DNA of 52,584 bases from Nitrospira japonica (GTDB lineage: Bacteria > Nitrospirota > Thermodesulfovibrionia > Thermodesulfovibrionales > DYHX01), in assembly GCA_020723925.1 (NCBI GenBank), contig DYHX01000003.1:1-52584 (forward strand). The letters are read 5' to 3'. Position numbers and translations under genes: made by a program. The notes beneath the pieces were generated by a model. That model was not told where the DNA came from and ran no database searches. It saw nothing but the letters and a program-made list of their open reading frames with translations. How positions within the stretch are numbered: the stretch's first letter is position 1; each line of letters begins with the position of its first letter. Shown in pieces: positions 17,637-27,222 of the stretch.

Positions 17637-17804
17637 ATGCCGATTTATGAGTATGTTTGTATGGTCTGCAAGAAAGAATTTACAGTCATCCTTTCTTTTA
17701 GTGAATATGAGGCGAAGCCAAAAATCACCTGTCCGCACTGCGGAAACGACCACGTGGAGAGGAGATTAAGCACATTTTTCGCAAAGACTGCGAAGAAATC
17801 TTAA
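17637..17804 (+). CDS. FmdB-family zinc-ribbon protein (55 aa, absent from the ORF track)
   Basis: Translated by hand: MPIYEYVCMVCKKEFTVILSFSEYEAKPKITCPHCGNDHVERRLSTFFAKTAKKS; MPIYEY-CxxC...CPxCG signature; GGGAGGG RBS. Confidence 0.9.
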   Translation: MPIYEYVCMVCKKEFTVILSFSEYEAKPKITCPHCGNDHVERRLSTFFAKTAKKS

Positions 17805-17831
17805 ATAATGATAGGATAGGTTTTATTTAAT

Positions 17832-18023
17832 TTAAATTTCCCCTTTCTTTAACAGTTCCCTTATCTTCTTAGCCTTTTCGTCAAGGGCATAGAATAGAAA
17901 CCGATTTGCATCTTCAAGCCATTCAAGGCGCATCTCGACTGGTAGGGATATATATTTCTTGATATCCTCTTCACTTATATCGTAGAAATAACCTTTTAAC
18001 TCATTTCTCTCTTTATTCTTCAT
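17832..18023 (-). CDS. Small hypothetical protein (63 aa), partner of the nucleotidyltransferase
   Basis: Start overlaps the stop of the upstream gene; charged helical protein with SLPVEMRLEWLE. Confidence 0.65.
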   Translation of the reverse strand: MKNKERNELKGYFYDISEEDIKKYISLPVEMRLEWLEDANRFLFYALDEKAKKIRELLKKGEI

Positions 18024-18511
18024 TACTTTATCTTCTTTAATTTCTCAAGCATTTTAATATCTGACAAGTCCTGCTTCCTCGGGGATATCTTTTTCATCTT
18101 AATCATATCATCGATAGAGATTACAGGAATATCAAGGCCAGCGGCCTTCACAGTGATTCGTCTTTCATAGGCTCTGTCAAAGTCTACAGGATTTCTTATA
18201 AACACATCGACCTCCTGATAGGGCTTCTCTGGGTTGTATAAGGTAAATGCGAGCATATTCTTTTCTTTAAACCAGTAGTCCCTTTTTGATTCATCAATAA
18301 ACTCCTCCATCTGGACAGGCACCCTGGGCCTATAATTAAGCCTTTTCATGGCTTCAATAAAGTGATTAGAATTTTTTGTAGAAAGTTCAATCATCAAGTC
18401 GAGGTCTGATGTCATCCTTGGAATGCCATAAAAGTTAAGTGCCATGGCACCTACTACAAGAAATTTGATCTCTGCTTTTATGAGGGTCTGGAATATATCT
18501 TCGTAATACAT
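18023..18511 (-). CDS. Pol-beta superfamily nucleotidyltransferase-like protein
   Basis: VVGAMALNFYG, RMTSDLDL (DxD), later VD, DMIKMK, RKQDLSD. Confidence 0.8.
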   Translation of the reverse strand: MYYEDIFQTLIKAEIKFLVVGAMALNFYGIPRMTSDLDLMIELSTKNSNHFIEAMKRLNYRPRVPVQMEEFIDESKRDYWFKEKNMLAFTLYNPEKPYQEVDVFIRNPVDFDRAYERRITVKAAGLDIPVISIDDMIKMKKISPRKQDLSDIKMLEKLKKIK

Positions 18512-18630
18512 ACAAACTCATTGTAGCAGAACTTCTTTAACATGGAAACACCATTCAGATTAAGGCTTTCAAAAGTATTTGAATTTTTATTAAGATATAT
18601 ATCAATGAAATTAAGGAAATGAGGTAAGTT

Positions 18631-19398
18631 ATGGCATTTGTAATAGCCCTGGCGGGTAAAGGTGGTACCGGAAAGACGAGCATTGCAGGTCTTGCGGTTA
18701 GATATATTGTCGAGAAAAAGAAGAAGCCTGTGCTTGCAGTCGACGCTGATTCGAATAGCTGTCTCAATGAGGCCCTCGGTGTTGATATTCATACAACCAT
18801 AGGACATCTAAGAGAGGAATCCCTCCAGACCATAAGGAGCGGAGCAGAAAGGCCAGGTGGGATGTCTATGGAGCAGCTCTTTGACTATCAGGTACAGCAG
18901 TCCATTATAGAGTCAAAGGGGTTTGACCTTATGGTTATGGGACGCCCTGAAGGGCCTGGATGCTATTGTGCAGCAAATAATATTATAAGGAAATATACAG
19001 ATAAGCTCTCAGAGACCTATCCCTATGTTGTTATAGACAACGAGGCCGGTATGGAGCACCTGAGCAGAAGGACTACCCACAAAGTTGATCTGCTATTAAT
19101 TATCAGTGATCCGACTGTCAGGGGTGTCCAGACTGCAAAGAGGATTAACGACCTTGTTGATGAATTGAACCTTGATATCGATAGAAGGGTTTTGATAATA
19201 AACAGGATTTCAGGGTCTGATGGAGAGTTGCTCAAGAACCTTGCAGAAGACTCTGGGCTTCATGTTGCAGGCATTGTCCCTCAGGACAGCACAATATTTA
19301 ATTATGACCTTCAGGGAAAACCGATATTTCAACTTCCAGAGGATTCACCAGCATTAAGGACAGTTTTCAATATTCTGGATTTGCTTAACATACCATAA
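18631..19398 (+). CDS. cooC: CODH/ACS nickel-insertion ATPase CooC/AcsF
   Basis: Deviant Walker A GKGGTGKT, DAD, GPGCYC, DNEAGMEHLSR. Confidence 0.93.
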   Translation: MAFVIALAGKGGTGKTSIAGLAVRYIVEKKKKPVLAVDADSNSCLNEALGVDIHTTIGHLREESLQTIRSGAERPGGMSMEQLFDYQVQQSIIESKGFDLMVMGRPEGPGCYCAANNIIRKYTDKLSETYPYVVIDNEAGMEHLSRRTTHKVDLLLIISDPTVRGVQTAKRINDLVDELNLDIDRRVLIINRISGSDGELLKNLAEDSGLHVAGIVPQDSTIFNYDLQGKPIFQLPEDSPALRTVFNILDLLNIP

Positions 19399-19437
19399 GG
19401 GATTACAAAGATTATAAATAATTTAGGATTTAAACCC

Positions 19438-19457
19438 AATTTATAAGTTTATAAATT
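19438..19457. promoter_or_regulatory. AT-rich palindrome upstream of acsE (possible operator)
   Basis: AATTTATAA-GT-TTATAAATT in the AT-rich cooC-acsE spacer. Confidence 0.3.
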
Positions 19458-19551
19458 AAAATAATTACTAAAACTCTTTACCTTAAGTGTTAATTTGTGT
19501 TATTTTTTACATCTTAACTGAATTTAAAGACAGGAAAGGAGTCTCCAGAGG

Positions 19552-20334
19552 ATGCTTATAATCGGCGAGAAGTTAAGCATTATAGCCAAAAGGGTCAGAG
19601 ATGCTATGCTGAAGAAGGACAAAGGTCCAATACAGGAGATTGCAACTGCCCAGTGGAAGGCAGGGGCAGGGATGATAGATGCGAATATCGGCCCTGCCGA
19701 GGACGGAGGAGAGGCATTGATGGAATGGATGGTCACAACAATCCAGGAGCTCGTTCCTCTTCCGATATGTCTTGATACAACAAATGCGAGCGCAATAGAA
19801 GCAGGTCTTAAAGTCCATAATAATGAATGGGGCAGGCCCCTTATAAACTCAACCTCAAACGACCCTGAAAGGTTTCCAATCCTTGAGCTTGCTGCAAAAT
19901 ACAATTCACAGGTAATCGGTCTTACAGTCGGGAAGGGTGGTCTTCCTGCAGATGCGGAGGAGAGGGCAGCTATAGCAGCAGAGATGATGGCAAGGGCTAT
20001 GGAGTATGGAGTTCCCCTTGAAGATCTTTATCTTGACCCGCTCGTCCTCCAGATAGCAACATCCCAGGATCATGCAAGGCATGTGATAAAGGCAATAAAG
20101 ATGTTTCAGGAACTTAATGACCCTCCAATGAAAACAGTGGTTGGGCTGAGCAACATATCGAATGGATGTCCAAAGAACATAAGGCCGATTCTGAACAGCT
20201 ATTATCTCTCACTTTTAATGTATGAGGGGCTTACTGCTGCCATAGCAGACCCTCATGAGGTAGCTGTAACAGCAAAAACCATAGATGTGATAATGGGCAG
20301 GACACTTTATGCCCATTCCTATCTTGAGATGTAG
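19552..20334 (+). CDS. acsE: Methyltetrahydrofolate:corrinoid Fe-S protein methyltransferase
   Basis: Pterin-binding TIM barrel: MLIIGEKL, CLDTTN, LINST, LYLDP, VGLSNISNG; acs cluster context. Confidence 0.92.
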   Translation: MLIIGEKLSIIAKRVRDAMLKKDKGPIQEIATAQWKAGAGMIDANIGPAEDGGEALMEWMVTTIQELVPLPICLDTTNASAIEAGLKVHNNEWGRPLINSTSNDPERFPILELAAKYNSQVIGLTVGKGGLPADAEERAAIAAEMMARAMEYGVPLEDLYLDPLVLQIATSQDHARHVIKAIKMFQELNDPPMKTVVGLSNISNGCPKNIRPILNSYYLSLLMYEGLTAAIADPHEVAVTAKTIDVIMGRTLYAHSYLEM

Positions 20335-20345
20335 GAGGCGATAAG

Positions 20346-21287
20346 ATGGCCTTTACACCGCCAAAAGAGACTCATGCAGGTAAGGTTTATGCAGTAACGA
20401 TAGGTTCAGGTGAAGGTGCTGTAACATTCGGAGGCGAGAATGTCCTTCCGTTCAATACCTTCGAAGGTGCATCACCACACAGGCCTGTGATTGCCTATGA
20501 AATCCAGGACGTCCTACCATCTGACTGGCCTGAAAATGTCCAGAAACCCTATGAGGGAGTATCTGGCGACCCTGCTACATGGGCAAGGTTCTGCCAGAAT
20601 ACACTTAAGGCAAAGGCTATAGCCCTGAGGCTTGTCGGAACCCATCCTGACAGGGAGAACCGCTCTCCAGAGGATGCAGCAAAGACTGTCAGGGATGTCC
20701 TTGCAGCGCTCAACGTTCCCCTTATAATCCTCGGAAGCAACCATGTAGAAAAGGATGCGCCTGTGCTTATTGCTGCAGCAGAGGCTGCAAAGGACAGAAA
20801 CTGCATAATCGGAAAGGCTCAGGAAGGAAATTACAAGACTATTACTGCTGCTGCCATGGCAAATAACCACAAGCTAATAGCCATGTCAGAGCTTGATATA
20901 AACCTCTCAAAACAGCTTAACATCCTTATAACCCAGATGGGATTTGACAAGGAGAGGCTCATTACGGACCCGATGTGCTCAGCCCTTGGATATGGACTTG
21001 AATACACATACTCTGTTATGGAGAGGATAAGGCTTGCTGCCCTTGCACAGAATGATTTAACTATGCAGCCGCCGATGCTTGGCGATGTTGGCATGTATGT
21101 CTGGAAGATTAAAGAGACCCAGGCGCCTGAATCTGAACTGCCACAGTGGGGTTCGACAGAGGAGAGGGGTATAGCATGGGAGGCAACCACAGCCACAGCG
21201 CTCCTTGTAGCTGGCGCAGAGCTTCTTATCATGAGGCATCCCATGGCTGTAGAGGCGGTAGAGAAGGTAATAGAAGAACTTGTTTGA
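20346..21287 (+). CDS. acsD: Corrinoid iron-sulfur protein small (delta) subunit
   Basis: FGGENVLPF, DINLSKQLN, ALGYGLEYTYSVMERIRLAAL, WEATTA, LLIMRHP. Confidence 0.95.
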   Translation: MAFTPPKETHAGKVYAVTIGSGEGAVTFGGENVLPFNTFEGASPHRPVIAYEIQDVLPSDWPENVQKPYEGVSGDPATWARFCQNTLKAKAIALRLVGTHPDRENRSPEDAAKTVRDVLAALNVPLIILGSNHVEKDAPVLIAAAEAAKDRNCIIGKAQEGNYKTITAAAMANNHKLIAMSELDINLSKQLNILITQMGFDKERLITDPMCSALGYGLEYTYSVMERIRLAALAQNDLTMQPPMLGDVGMYVWKIKETQAPESELPQWGSTEERGIAWEATTATALLVAGAELLIMRHPMAVEAVEKVIEELV

Positions 21288-21292
21288 AACTA

Positions 21293-21366
21293 TGACACGG
21301 CGAAACAGGGACACGGCGACTCGGAGAAAAATCTCCCCTGCACCGTTTCTCCCATTCTCCGTGTTG
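21293..21366. repeat. Degenerate octamer tandem repeat plus inverted counterpart (acsD-acsC junction)
   Basis: GACACGGC-GAAACAGG-GACACGGC-GACTCGGA then CCCCTGCA-CCGTTTCT-CCCATTCT-CCGTGTT. Confidence 0.7.
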
Positions 21367-21395
21367 TTCATATTTTAGAAATTTGGAGGAAAAAG

Positions 21396-22739
21396 ATGGC
21401 GTTAACAGGCGTTGAAATATTTAAACTCCTTCCAAAAACAAACTGTAAGAAGTGCGGGCATCCAACCTGTCTTGCCTTTGCAATGAAACTTGCCCAGAGG
21501 CAGGCATCACTTGATTCATGTCCTGATGTCTCTGAAGATGCAAGGAGGATTTTGGGTGAGGCATCTGCTCCTCCAGTAAGGCCGATTAGTCTTGGCGTTG
21601 GTGATAAGGCAGTAAAGATGGGAGAGGAGACTGTCCTTTTCAGGCATGACAAGAAGTTCGTTAATCCCTGCGCATTTGCCCTTGAGATAAAGGACACACT
21701 TTCAGAGGCGGATATAACAAAGAAGATAGAAGATGTTGTTAACTCAGAGATAGACCGTGTGGGTCAGAAACTCAAGATCGATGCGATCGCACTCACAAAC
21801 GAATCTGGAGATGCAGGGAAACTCGAGACTGCTGCAAAGCTTATTTCGTCAAAGGCACCGCAGGTTCCTGTCATAATCTGCACAACAAATCTTCAGGCTG
21901 CAGAGGCAGCAGTAAAGCCATTTGATGACAGGAGGCCTTTGATATATGGTGCAAATGCAGATAATGCAGAGGCAATGGCAAATGTGGCCAAGACCTTCAA
22001 GGCAACGCTCGGGGTCTCTGCTAAGGGACTTGATGAACTCTCCACACTAACGGAGAAGATTAAGTCTTTTGATGTCGAGGATATGGTTATAGATTCAAGC
22101 GCAAGAAGGGCGAAGGAGATACTTGAGGACAACACCCTTATAAGAAGGGCTGCAATAAGGAAGAACTTCAAGCCTCTTGGCTATCCAGTTATAACATTTG
22201 CACAGCGTGAAGACAGCCTGCATGAGGCACTCATAGCAACCATCGGTGTTGCAAAATACTCTTCAATCATAATCCTGAGCAGCATCGAGAAGTGGAAGAA
22301 CCTTGCCCTCTTTACATTGAGGCAGAACCTCTACACAGACCCACAGGTCCCAATGCAGGTTGAGCAGAAGATATACAAGATTGGCGAGGCAACTCCAGAG
22401 GCTCCGCTATTAATCACAACAAACTTCTCGCTTACATACTTCATTGTCTCTGGCGAGATAGAAAACAGTAAGGTTCCATGCAGACTTGCTGTTATGGACT
22501 GCGAGGGGCTCTCGGTTCTTACAGCATGGGCTGCTGGAAAGTTCACAGCGTCAAAGATTGCACAGTTTATAAAGGAAAGCGGTATTGAAAACGAGGTAAA
22601 ACACAGGGATCTCGTTATACCTGGATATGTTGCGATCTTAAGTGGCTCCGTAGAGGAGAAGCTTGAAGGATGGAAGGTAACTGTTGGGCCGAGAGAGGCA
22701 AACGGGCTGCCTGCATTTTTAAGGGCAAGAGCAACATAA
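21396..22739 (+). CDS. acsC: Corrinoid iron-sulfur protein large (gamma) subunit
   Basis: LPKTNCKKCGHPTCLAFAM...CP [4Fe-4S] domain, YTDPQVP, TTNFSLTYF, GLSVLTAWAAGKF, GPREA. Confidence 0.96.
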   Translation: MALTGVEIFKLLPKTNCKKCGHPTCLAFAMKLAQRQASLDSCPDVSEDARRILGEASAPPVRPISLGVGDKAVKMGEETVLFRHDKKFVNPCAFALEIKDTLSEADITKKIEDVVNSEIDRVGQKLKIDAIALTNESGDAGKLETAAKLISSKAPQVPVIICTTNLQAAEAAVKPFDDRRPLIYGANADNAEAMANVAKTFKATLGVSAKGLDELSTLTEKIKSFDVEDMVIDSSARRAKEILEDNTLIRRAAIRKNFKPLGYPVITFAQREDSLHEALIATIGVAKYSSIIILSSIEKWKNLALFTLRQNLYTDPQVPMQVEQKIYKIGEATPEAPLLITTNFSLTYFIVSGEIENSKVPCRLAVMDCEGLSVLTAWAAGKFTASKIAQFIKESGIENEVKHRDLVIPGYVAILSGSVEEKLEGWKVTVGPREANGLPAFLRARAT

Positions 22740-22740
22740 A

Positions 22741-22836
22741 GACAGTGTCAGTGTCAGTGAATAGTGTCAGCAATTAGTGCAAGTGAATAGTGACAGTGTC
22801 AGTAAAAGAAAAGAACTGACACTGAACACTGACATT
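22741..22836. repeat. (GTGTCA)-type tandem repeat plus inverted counterpart (acsC-acsB junction)
   Basis: AGTGTCAGTGTCAGTGAATAGTGTCAG... followed by ACTGACACTGAACACTGACA. Confidence 0.8.
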
Positions 22837-22865
22837 AATCACTATAAATAACATAGGAGGTTGGA

Positions 22866-25064
22866 ATGTCTAAGATAATAGCCTCAGCAGCTATAAGGGG
22901 CGCACATAAGCTGGTTAACCAGGCCGAAGAGATGCTCCAGCAGGCTATTGCTGAAAAGGGTGAGGGCTTTGCCTTTGAATTCCCTGACACAGCATATCAC
23001 CTTCCCATGATCTATGCCATAACAGGCCATGCGGTTAAGACCCTTGGTGATATGAAGATAGCTCTTGGAAACACAAAAAAACTCCTTCATGAAGAACCAA
23101 AGGAACACCTCTATAAGCCATATCTTGGAGAGGCATTAGACTCTGGTATGGCAACACTCTTTGCAGAAGAGATTATAATGGCTCTCCGCTACATAAATGA
23201 GCTTGAGCCACATAAGGACCCTGATACCGGCTATGTTTATAATGGGTTCATCACTGACACCATCCAGCGTAACCTCGGCATACAGCTTGTTGACGGCACT
23301 ATGCCTGGCTTTGCTGCCATCATTGGTGCTGCACCCAATGAAGATATTGCTGTAAATATAGTAAGGGAGCTTCAGGAAAAGAATATACTCACATTTTTAT
23401 CCGGTCATACCAATGGTGACAGTGTCACAAAACAGTTGCAGAGAAAGGGCATTGAACTTGGCTGGGAAACAAGAATAGTCCCGCTCGGACCAGAAACAGA
23501 GCACACAATTTATGCCCTTGACTGGGCAATAAGAGCATCCCTGATATTCGGTGGTAAAAAACCAGGAGACTTTAAAGAGCATCTCAAATATCAAAAGGAC
23601 AGGGTCTTTGCTTTTGCACTCGCACTTGGTGAGCTTGATGACATCAAGTGGTCAACAGGTGCTGGTGCTATAAATATGGGCTTCCCTGCAGTATGCGATA
23701 CAGAGGTGCCTGTCATACATCCAACAGGCGTATGCACATATGAAGAGGTTGACAGGGAGCTTGACCATAACAAAATTGTCCAGAAGGCAATCGAAGTTAG
23801 AGGGCTTAAAATTACAGTTGAGAAGCCCCCGATACCTGTTGCATACGGCCCTGCCTTTGAGGGTGAAAGGATAAGGAAAGAGGATACATTTATCGAGTTT
23901 GGCGGCCAGAGGACACCATCATTCGAATGGGTCAGGACAAAGGAGCTCGATGAGATCGAGGACAACAAGGTCATCATTGTTGGCGCTGAGTGGAAGGAGC
24001 GGTTTGAGAAGGGCGGCCAGATGCCGCTTGGGATAGTGATAGATGTTGCTGGCCGTAAGATGCAGAAGGATTTTGAATCTGTCATCGAAAGAAAGGTTCA
24101 CCACAACATCAATGAGGCCCAGGGAGTATGGCATATGGGCCAGCGTGATATTAACTGGATAAGGATAAGCCACAACGCAAAGAAAGAAGGGCTGACACTC
24201 GAACATATAGGCATAATTCAGGCCACGATGACACACCACAGGTTTAAATCCATCGTGGACAAGGTTCAGGTCACGCTTTATGTAGATGAAAAAGATGTTC
24301 TCGCCATGCAGGAAGAGGCAAGGAAGTCATATCGAGAGCGTGACCAGAGGGTTGGAAGCATGACAGATGAATCAGTGGATATATTCTATTCGTGTCTCCT
24401 CTGCCAGTCTTTTGCACCAAGCCATGTCTGTGTTATTACGCCTGAGAGGCTCGGTCTCTGTGGTGCATATAACTGGCTTGATGGGAAGGCTGCCTATGAG
24501 ATAGACCCTACTGGTGGAAACCAGCCTATTCCAAAAGGCCAGACGCTTGATACTGTAAATGGCCGCTGGTCAGGTGTTGATGAATATCTTAAAAAGGCAT
24601 CAGGTGGCGCTGTCGAGACCATGAACGCATATACAATAATGGACAACCCCATGACATCTTGCGGATGTTTTGAATGTATACTTGCGATCATCCCTGAGGC
24701 AAACGGGGTGATGCTTGTACAGAGAGGTCATACTGGGATGACACCAATAGGCATGAAATTTTCCACACTCGCGGGAACTGTTGGCGGTGGTGTACAGTCT
24801 CCCGGTTTCATGGGTATAGGGAGGAACTTTATCACAAGCAAGAAATTTTTATATGGTGATGGAGGCATCAAGAGGATTGTCTGGATGACAAAGAACCTGA
24901 AAGAGGGTCTTAAAGAGGCATTCAACCAGAGGGCAGCAGAGGAAGGAGTTCCAGATCTTCTTAACAAGATTGCTGATGAGACAGTGGCTGAGGATTCAGA
25001 AAAACTCCTCGAATTCCTTACAGGTGTTGGACATCCTGCACTTGAGATGGAGTCGATGATATAA
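22866..25064 (+). CDS. acsB: Acetyl-CoA synthase (bacterial type, with N-terminal domain)
   Basis: FPDTAYHLP, GPAFEGERIRK, A-cluster ligands CLLCQSFAPSHVC..LCGA..MTSCGCFE. Confidence 0.97.
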   Translation: MSKIIASAAIRGAHKLVNQAEEMLQQAIAEKGEGFAFEFPDTAYHLPMIYAITGHAVKTLGDMKIALGNTKKLLHEEPKEHLYKPYLGEALDSGMATLFAEEIIMALRYINELEPHKDPDTGYVYNGFITDTIQRNLGIQLVDGTMPGFAAIIGAAPNEDIAVNIVRELQEKNILTFLSGHTNGDSVTKQLQRKGIELGWETRIVPLGPETEHTIYALDWAIRASLIFGGKKPGDFKEHLKYQKDRVFAFALALGELDDIKWSTGAGAINMGFPAVCDTEVPVIHPTGVCTYEEVDRELDHNKIVQKAIEVRGLKITVEKPPIPVAYGPAFEGERIRKEDTFIEFGGQRTPSFEWVRTKELDEIEDNKVIIVGAEWKERFEKGGQMPLGIVIDVAGRKMQKDFESVIERKVHHNINEAQGVWHMGQRDINWIRISHNAKKEGLTLEHIGIIQATMTHHRFKSIVDKVQVTLYVDEKDVLAMQEEARKSYRERDQRVGSMTDESVDIFYSCLLCQSFAPSHVCVITPERLGLCGAYNWLDGKAAYEIDPTGGNQPIPKGQTLDTVNGRWSGVDEYLKKASGGAVETMNAYTIMDNPMTSCGCFECILAIIPEANGVMLVQRGHTGMTPIGMKFSTLAGTVGGGVQSPGFMGIGRNFITSKKFLYGDGGIKRIVWMTKNLKEGLKEAFNQRAAEEGVPDLLNKIADETVAEDSEKLLEFLTGVGHPALEMESMI

Positions 25065-25066
25065 AC

Positions 25067-25147
25067 TGACGCGGAGACGGGGAGACACGGAGAATCGGAG
25101 AAATAATTTTTTTCACCGTGTCTCCATTTCACCGTTTCCCCGTGTCA
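25067..25147. repeat. Octamer tandem repeat plus inverted counterpart forming a hairpin (acsB-cooS junction)
   Basis: TGACGCGGA-GACGGGGA-GACACGGA-GAATCGGA ... CACCGTGT-CTCCATTT-CACCGTTT-CCCCGTGTCA. Confidence 0.75.
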
Positions 25148-25167
25148 ATGAAAAAGGTGGAGGTAAA

Positions 25168-27153
25168 ATGGATAGTACAAAAAGCGCCGATAAATTGGCA
25201 GAACAGATAATAGAGTGGGGCGAAGCCCATGGAATGGAGACCTGTTTTGAAAGGACAGAAAGACTGAAGCCATGCCCTATAGGTTCCAGTGGTGCATGCT
25301 GTAAAGTCTGCCATATGGGGCCATGCAGATTTGTGGGTAAAAATGCAGAGGAAGAAGCAAGAGGCATATGCGGCGCAACGCTTCCAACAGTTGCAGCAAG
25401 GAATCTTGTAAGGATGATTGCTGCAGGGACTGCTGCACACAGCGACCATGCAAGGGACATGGCATTTACCTTACTCGCAGTTGCCAATGGAGAGACAAAG
25501 GACTTTCAGATAAAGGATGTGAGAAAACTCTACAGGGTTGCAGAGATACTCGGCGTTGAATTTGGAAATGGAAGGGCAGTTAACGATGTGGCGAGAGATG
25601 TAGCCCTTAAATTCATTGAAGATTTTGGCAGACAAAAAGGAGAGATAAATTACCTTAAGAGGGCACCCAAAAAGACCCAGGAAAGATGGAAGAAGTGGGG
25701 TGTTGCTACAAGGGGTATAGACAGAGAAGTTGCTGAGGCTATGCACAGGACATCTATTGGTGTTGACCATGACCCTGACCATCTCCTTACACATGGTTTA
25801 AGAACTGCCCTTGCTGATGGATGGGGCGGCTGCATGATAGCCACAGATATTACCGATATTCTTTTTGGAACTCCAAGACCTGTAAAGGCAGAGGCAAGTT
25901 TTGGAATATTCAAAGAGGATGAGGTCAACCTCGTTGTTCATGGACATGAACCATCCCTCGCAGAGATGATAGTAGATGTTACATCAGAGCCTGAGATGAT
26001 TGCCTATGCAAAATCAAAGGGCGCAAAAGGAATAAACCTTGGCGGTATGTGCTGTACTGCCAATGAAGTTCTGATGAGGCATGGTATTCCTACTGCTGGA
26101 GGCTTTACAAATCAAGAATTGGGGATAATGACAGGGCTTGTGGATGCAATCACAGTGGATGTGCAGTGTATAATGCCATCCATTGCTGAGCTTTCAAAGA
26201 AATTCCATACAAAGGTTATAACAACCTCTGAAAAAGCAAAGATTCCGGGTGCAATGCATGTGGAGTACGATGAACACAGGGCAAAAGAGATAGCAAGGGA
26301 GATAGTGAAGATTGCATGTGACAATTTCCCTAACAGAACAACAGGGGGGAGCCATATTACAGACAGGTTCCCTGTAATTGCAGGCTTTTCCCATGAATAT
26401 ATAGAATATATGCAGGGCGGTTCATGGAGGGGCTCATTCAGACCTCTGAATGATGCGATCATTGCAGGAAGGATTCGTGGGGTTGTTGGACTTGCAGGAT
26501 GTGACAATCCGAGAGTACAGTCACAGGGGATTCACAGATTTCTTGCAACAGAGCTTATCAAGAATGATGTGCTTATTGTTTCCACAGGTTGCGGCTCTGC
26601 TGCATGCGGGACTGCTGGTTTTCTTACACCCGAGATGGCATTAGAGAATGCTGGCCCTGGTCTGAGAGAAGTGTGTGAGGCTATTGGAATTCCACCAATA
26701 CTTCACCTTGGTGCATGTGTCGATAATTCAAGAATTTTGACCATTCTTTCGGCAATGGCAGAAGAAGGTGGTCTCTCTGATGAGATTGGTGGTATGCCTG
26801 GAGTTGGTATTGCTCCTGAGTGGATGTCTGAGAAGGCAATTGCCATCGGATGTTATTTTGCTGCATCAGGTGTTCCTGTAATATTCGGCGGCGAATCACC
26901 TGTTGGAGCAAGTCAGGAAGTAACAAGGATAATGACAGAGGTATGGATGGAGAGATTCAGGGGTGCAATGCATTTCGAGCCAGACCCTGAGAAGATGCTG
27001 GCACTTGCCCTTGATTACATTGATAAGGCAAGGGCAGCCCTTAAGTTAAGAAAGTACGAGCCAGGAAGATTTGGCACTGAAAGGGTGCTCATGGATATGG
27101 CTGCAAGGCGTGAAATCGAGAAGGCTGCAAAACCGCATATTGGAATATATTAG
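25168..27153 (+). CDS. cooS: Anaerobic Ni,Fe carbon monoxide dehydrogenase catalytic subunit
   Basis: CPIG..GACCKVCHMGPC..ICGA (D/B clusters), AAHSDH, HGHEP, GMCCTANE, DVQC, GCDNP, TGCG, GACVDNSR, PEWMSEKA. Confidence 0.97.
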   Translation: MDSTKSADKLAEQIIEWGEAHGMETCFERTERLKPCPIGSSGACCKVCHMGPCRFVGKNAEEEARGICGATLPTVAARNLVRMIAAGTAAHSDHARDMAFTLLAVANGETKDFQIKDVRKLYRVAEILGVEFGNGRAVNDVARDVALKFIEDFGRQKGEINYLKRAPKKTQERWKKWGVATRGIDREVAEAMHRTSIGVDHDPDHLLTHGLRTALADGWGGCMIATDITDILFGTPRPVKAEASFGIFKEDEVNLVVHGHEPSLAEMIVDVTSEPEMIAYAKSKGAKGINLGGMCCTANEVLMRHGIPTAGGFTNQELGIMTGLVDAITVDVQCIMPSIAELSKKFHTKVITTSEKAKIPGAMHVEYDEHRAKEIAREIVKIACDNFPNRTTGGSHITDRFPVIAGFSHEYIEYMQGGSWRGSFRPLNDAIIAGRIRGVVGLAGCDNPRVQSQGIHRFLATELIKNDVLIVSTGCGSAACGTAGFLTPEMALENAGPGLREVCEAIGIPPILHLGACVDNSRILTILSAMAEEGGLSDEIGGMPGVGIAPEWMSEKAIAIGCYFAASGVPVIFGGESPVGASQEVTRIMTEVWMERFRGAMHFEPDPEKMLALALDYIDKARAALKLRKYEPGRFGTERVLMDMAARREIEKAAKPHIGIY

Positions 27154-27210
27154 TGAATAGTAAAAATAAGTGTCTATGACTATTCACTGTTCACTAACGA
27201 CTATTCACTG
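27151..27210. repeat. AGTGAAT/ATTCACT heptamer repeat with inverted counterpart (cooS junction)
   Basis: TAGTGAATAGT ... ACTATTCACTGTTCACTAACGACTATTCACT. Confidence 0.7.
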
Positions 27211-27222
27211 TTTGGGGGTTAG

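Noticed and set aside
21396-22739. acsC as the mercury methylase hgcA
   Set aside because: Full-length AcsC with N-terminal Fe-S domain, no NVWCAAGK cap motif (reads SVLTAWAAGK), no TM domain, inside the acs operon.
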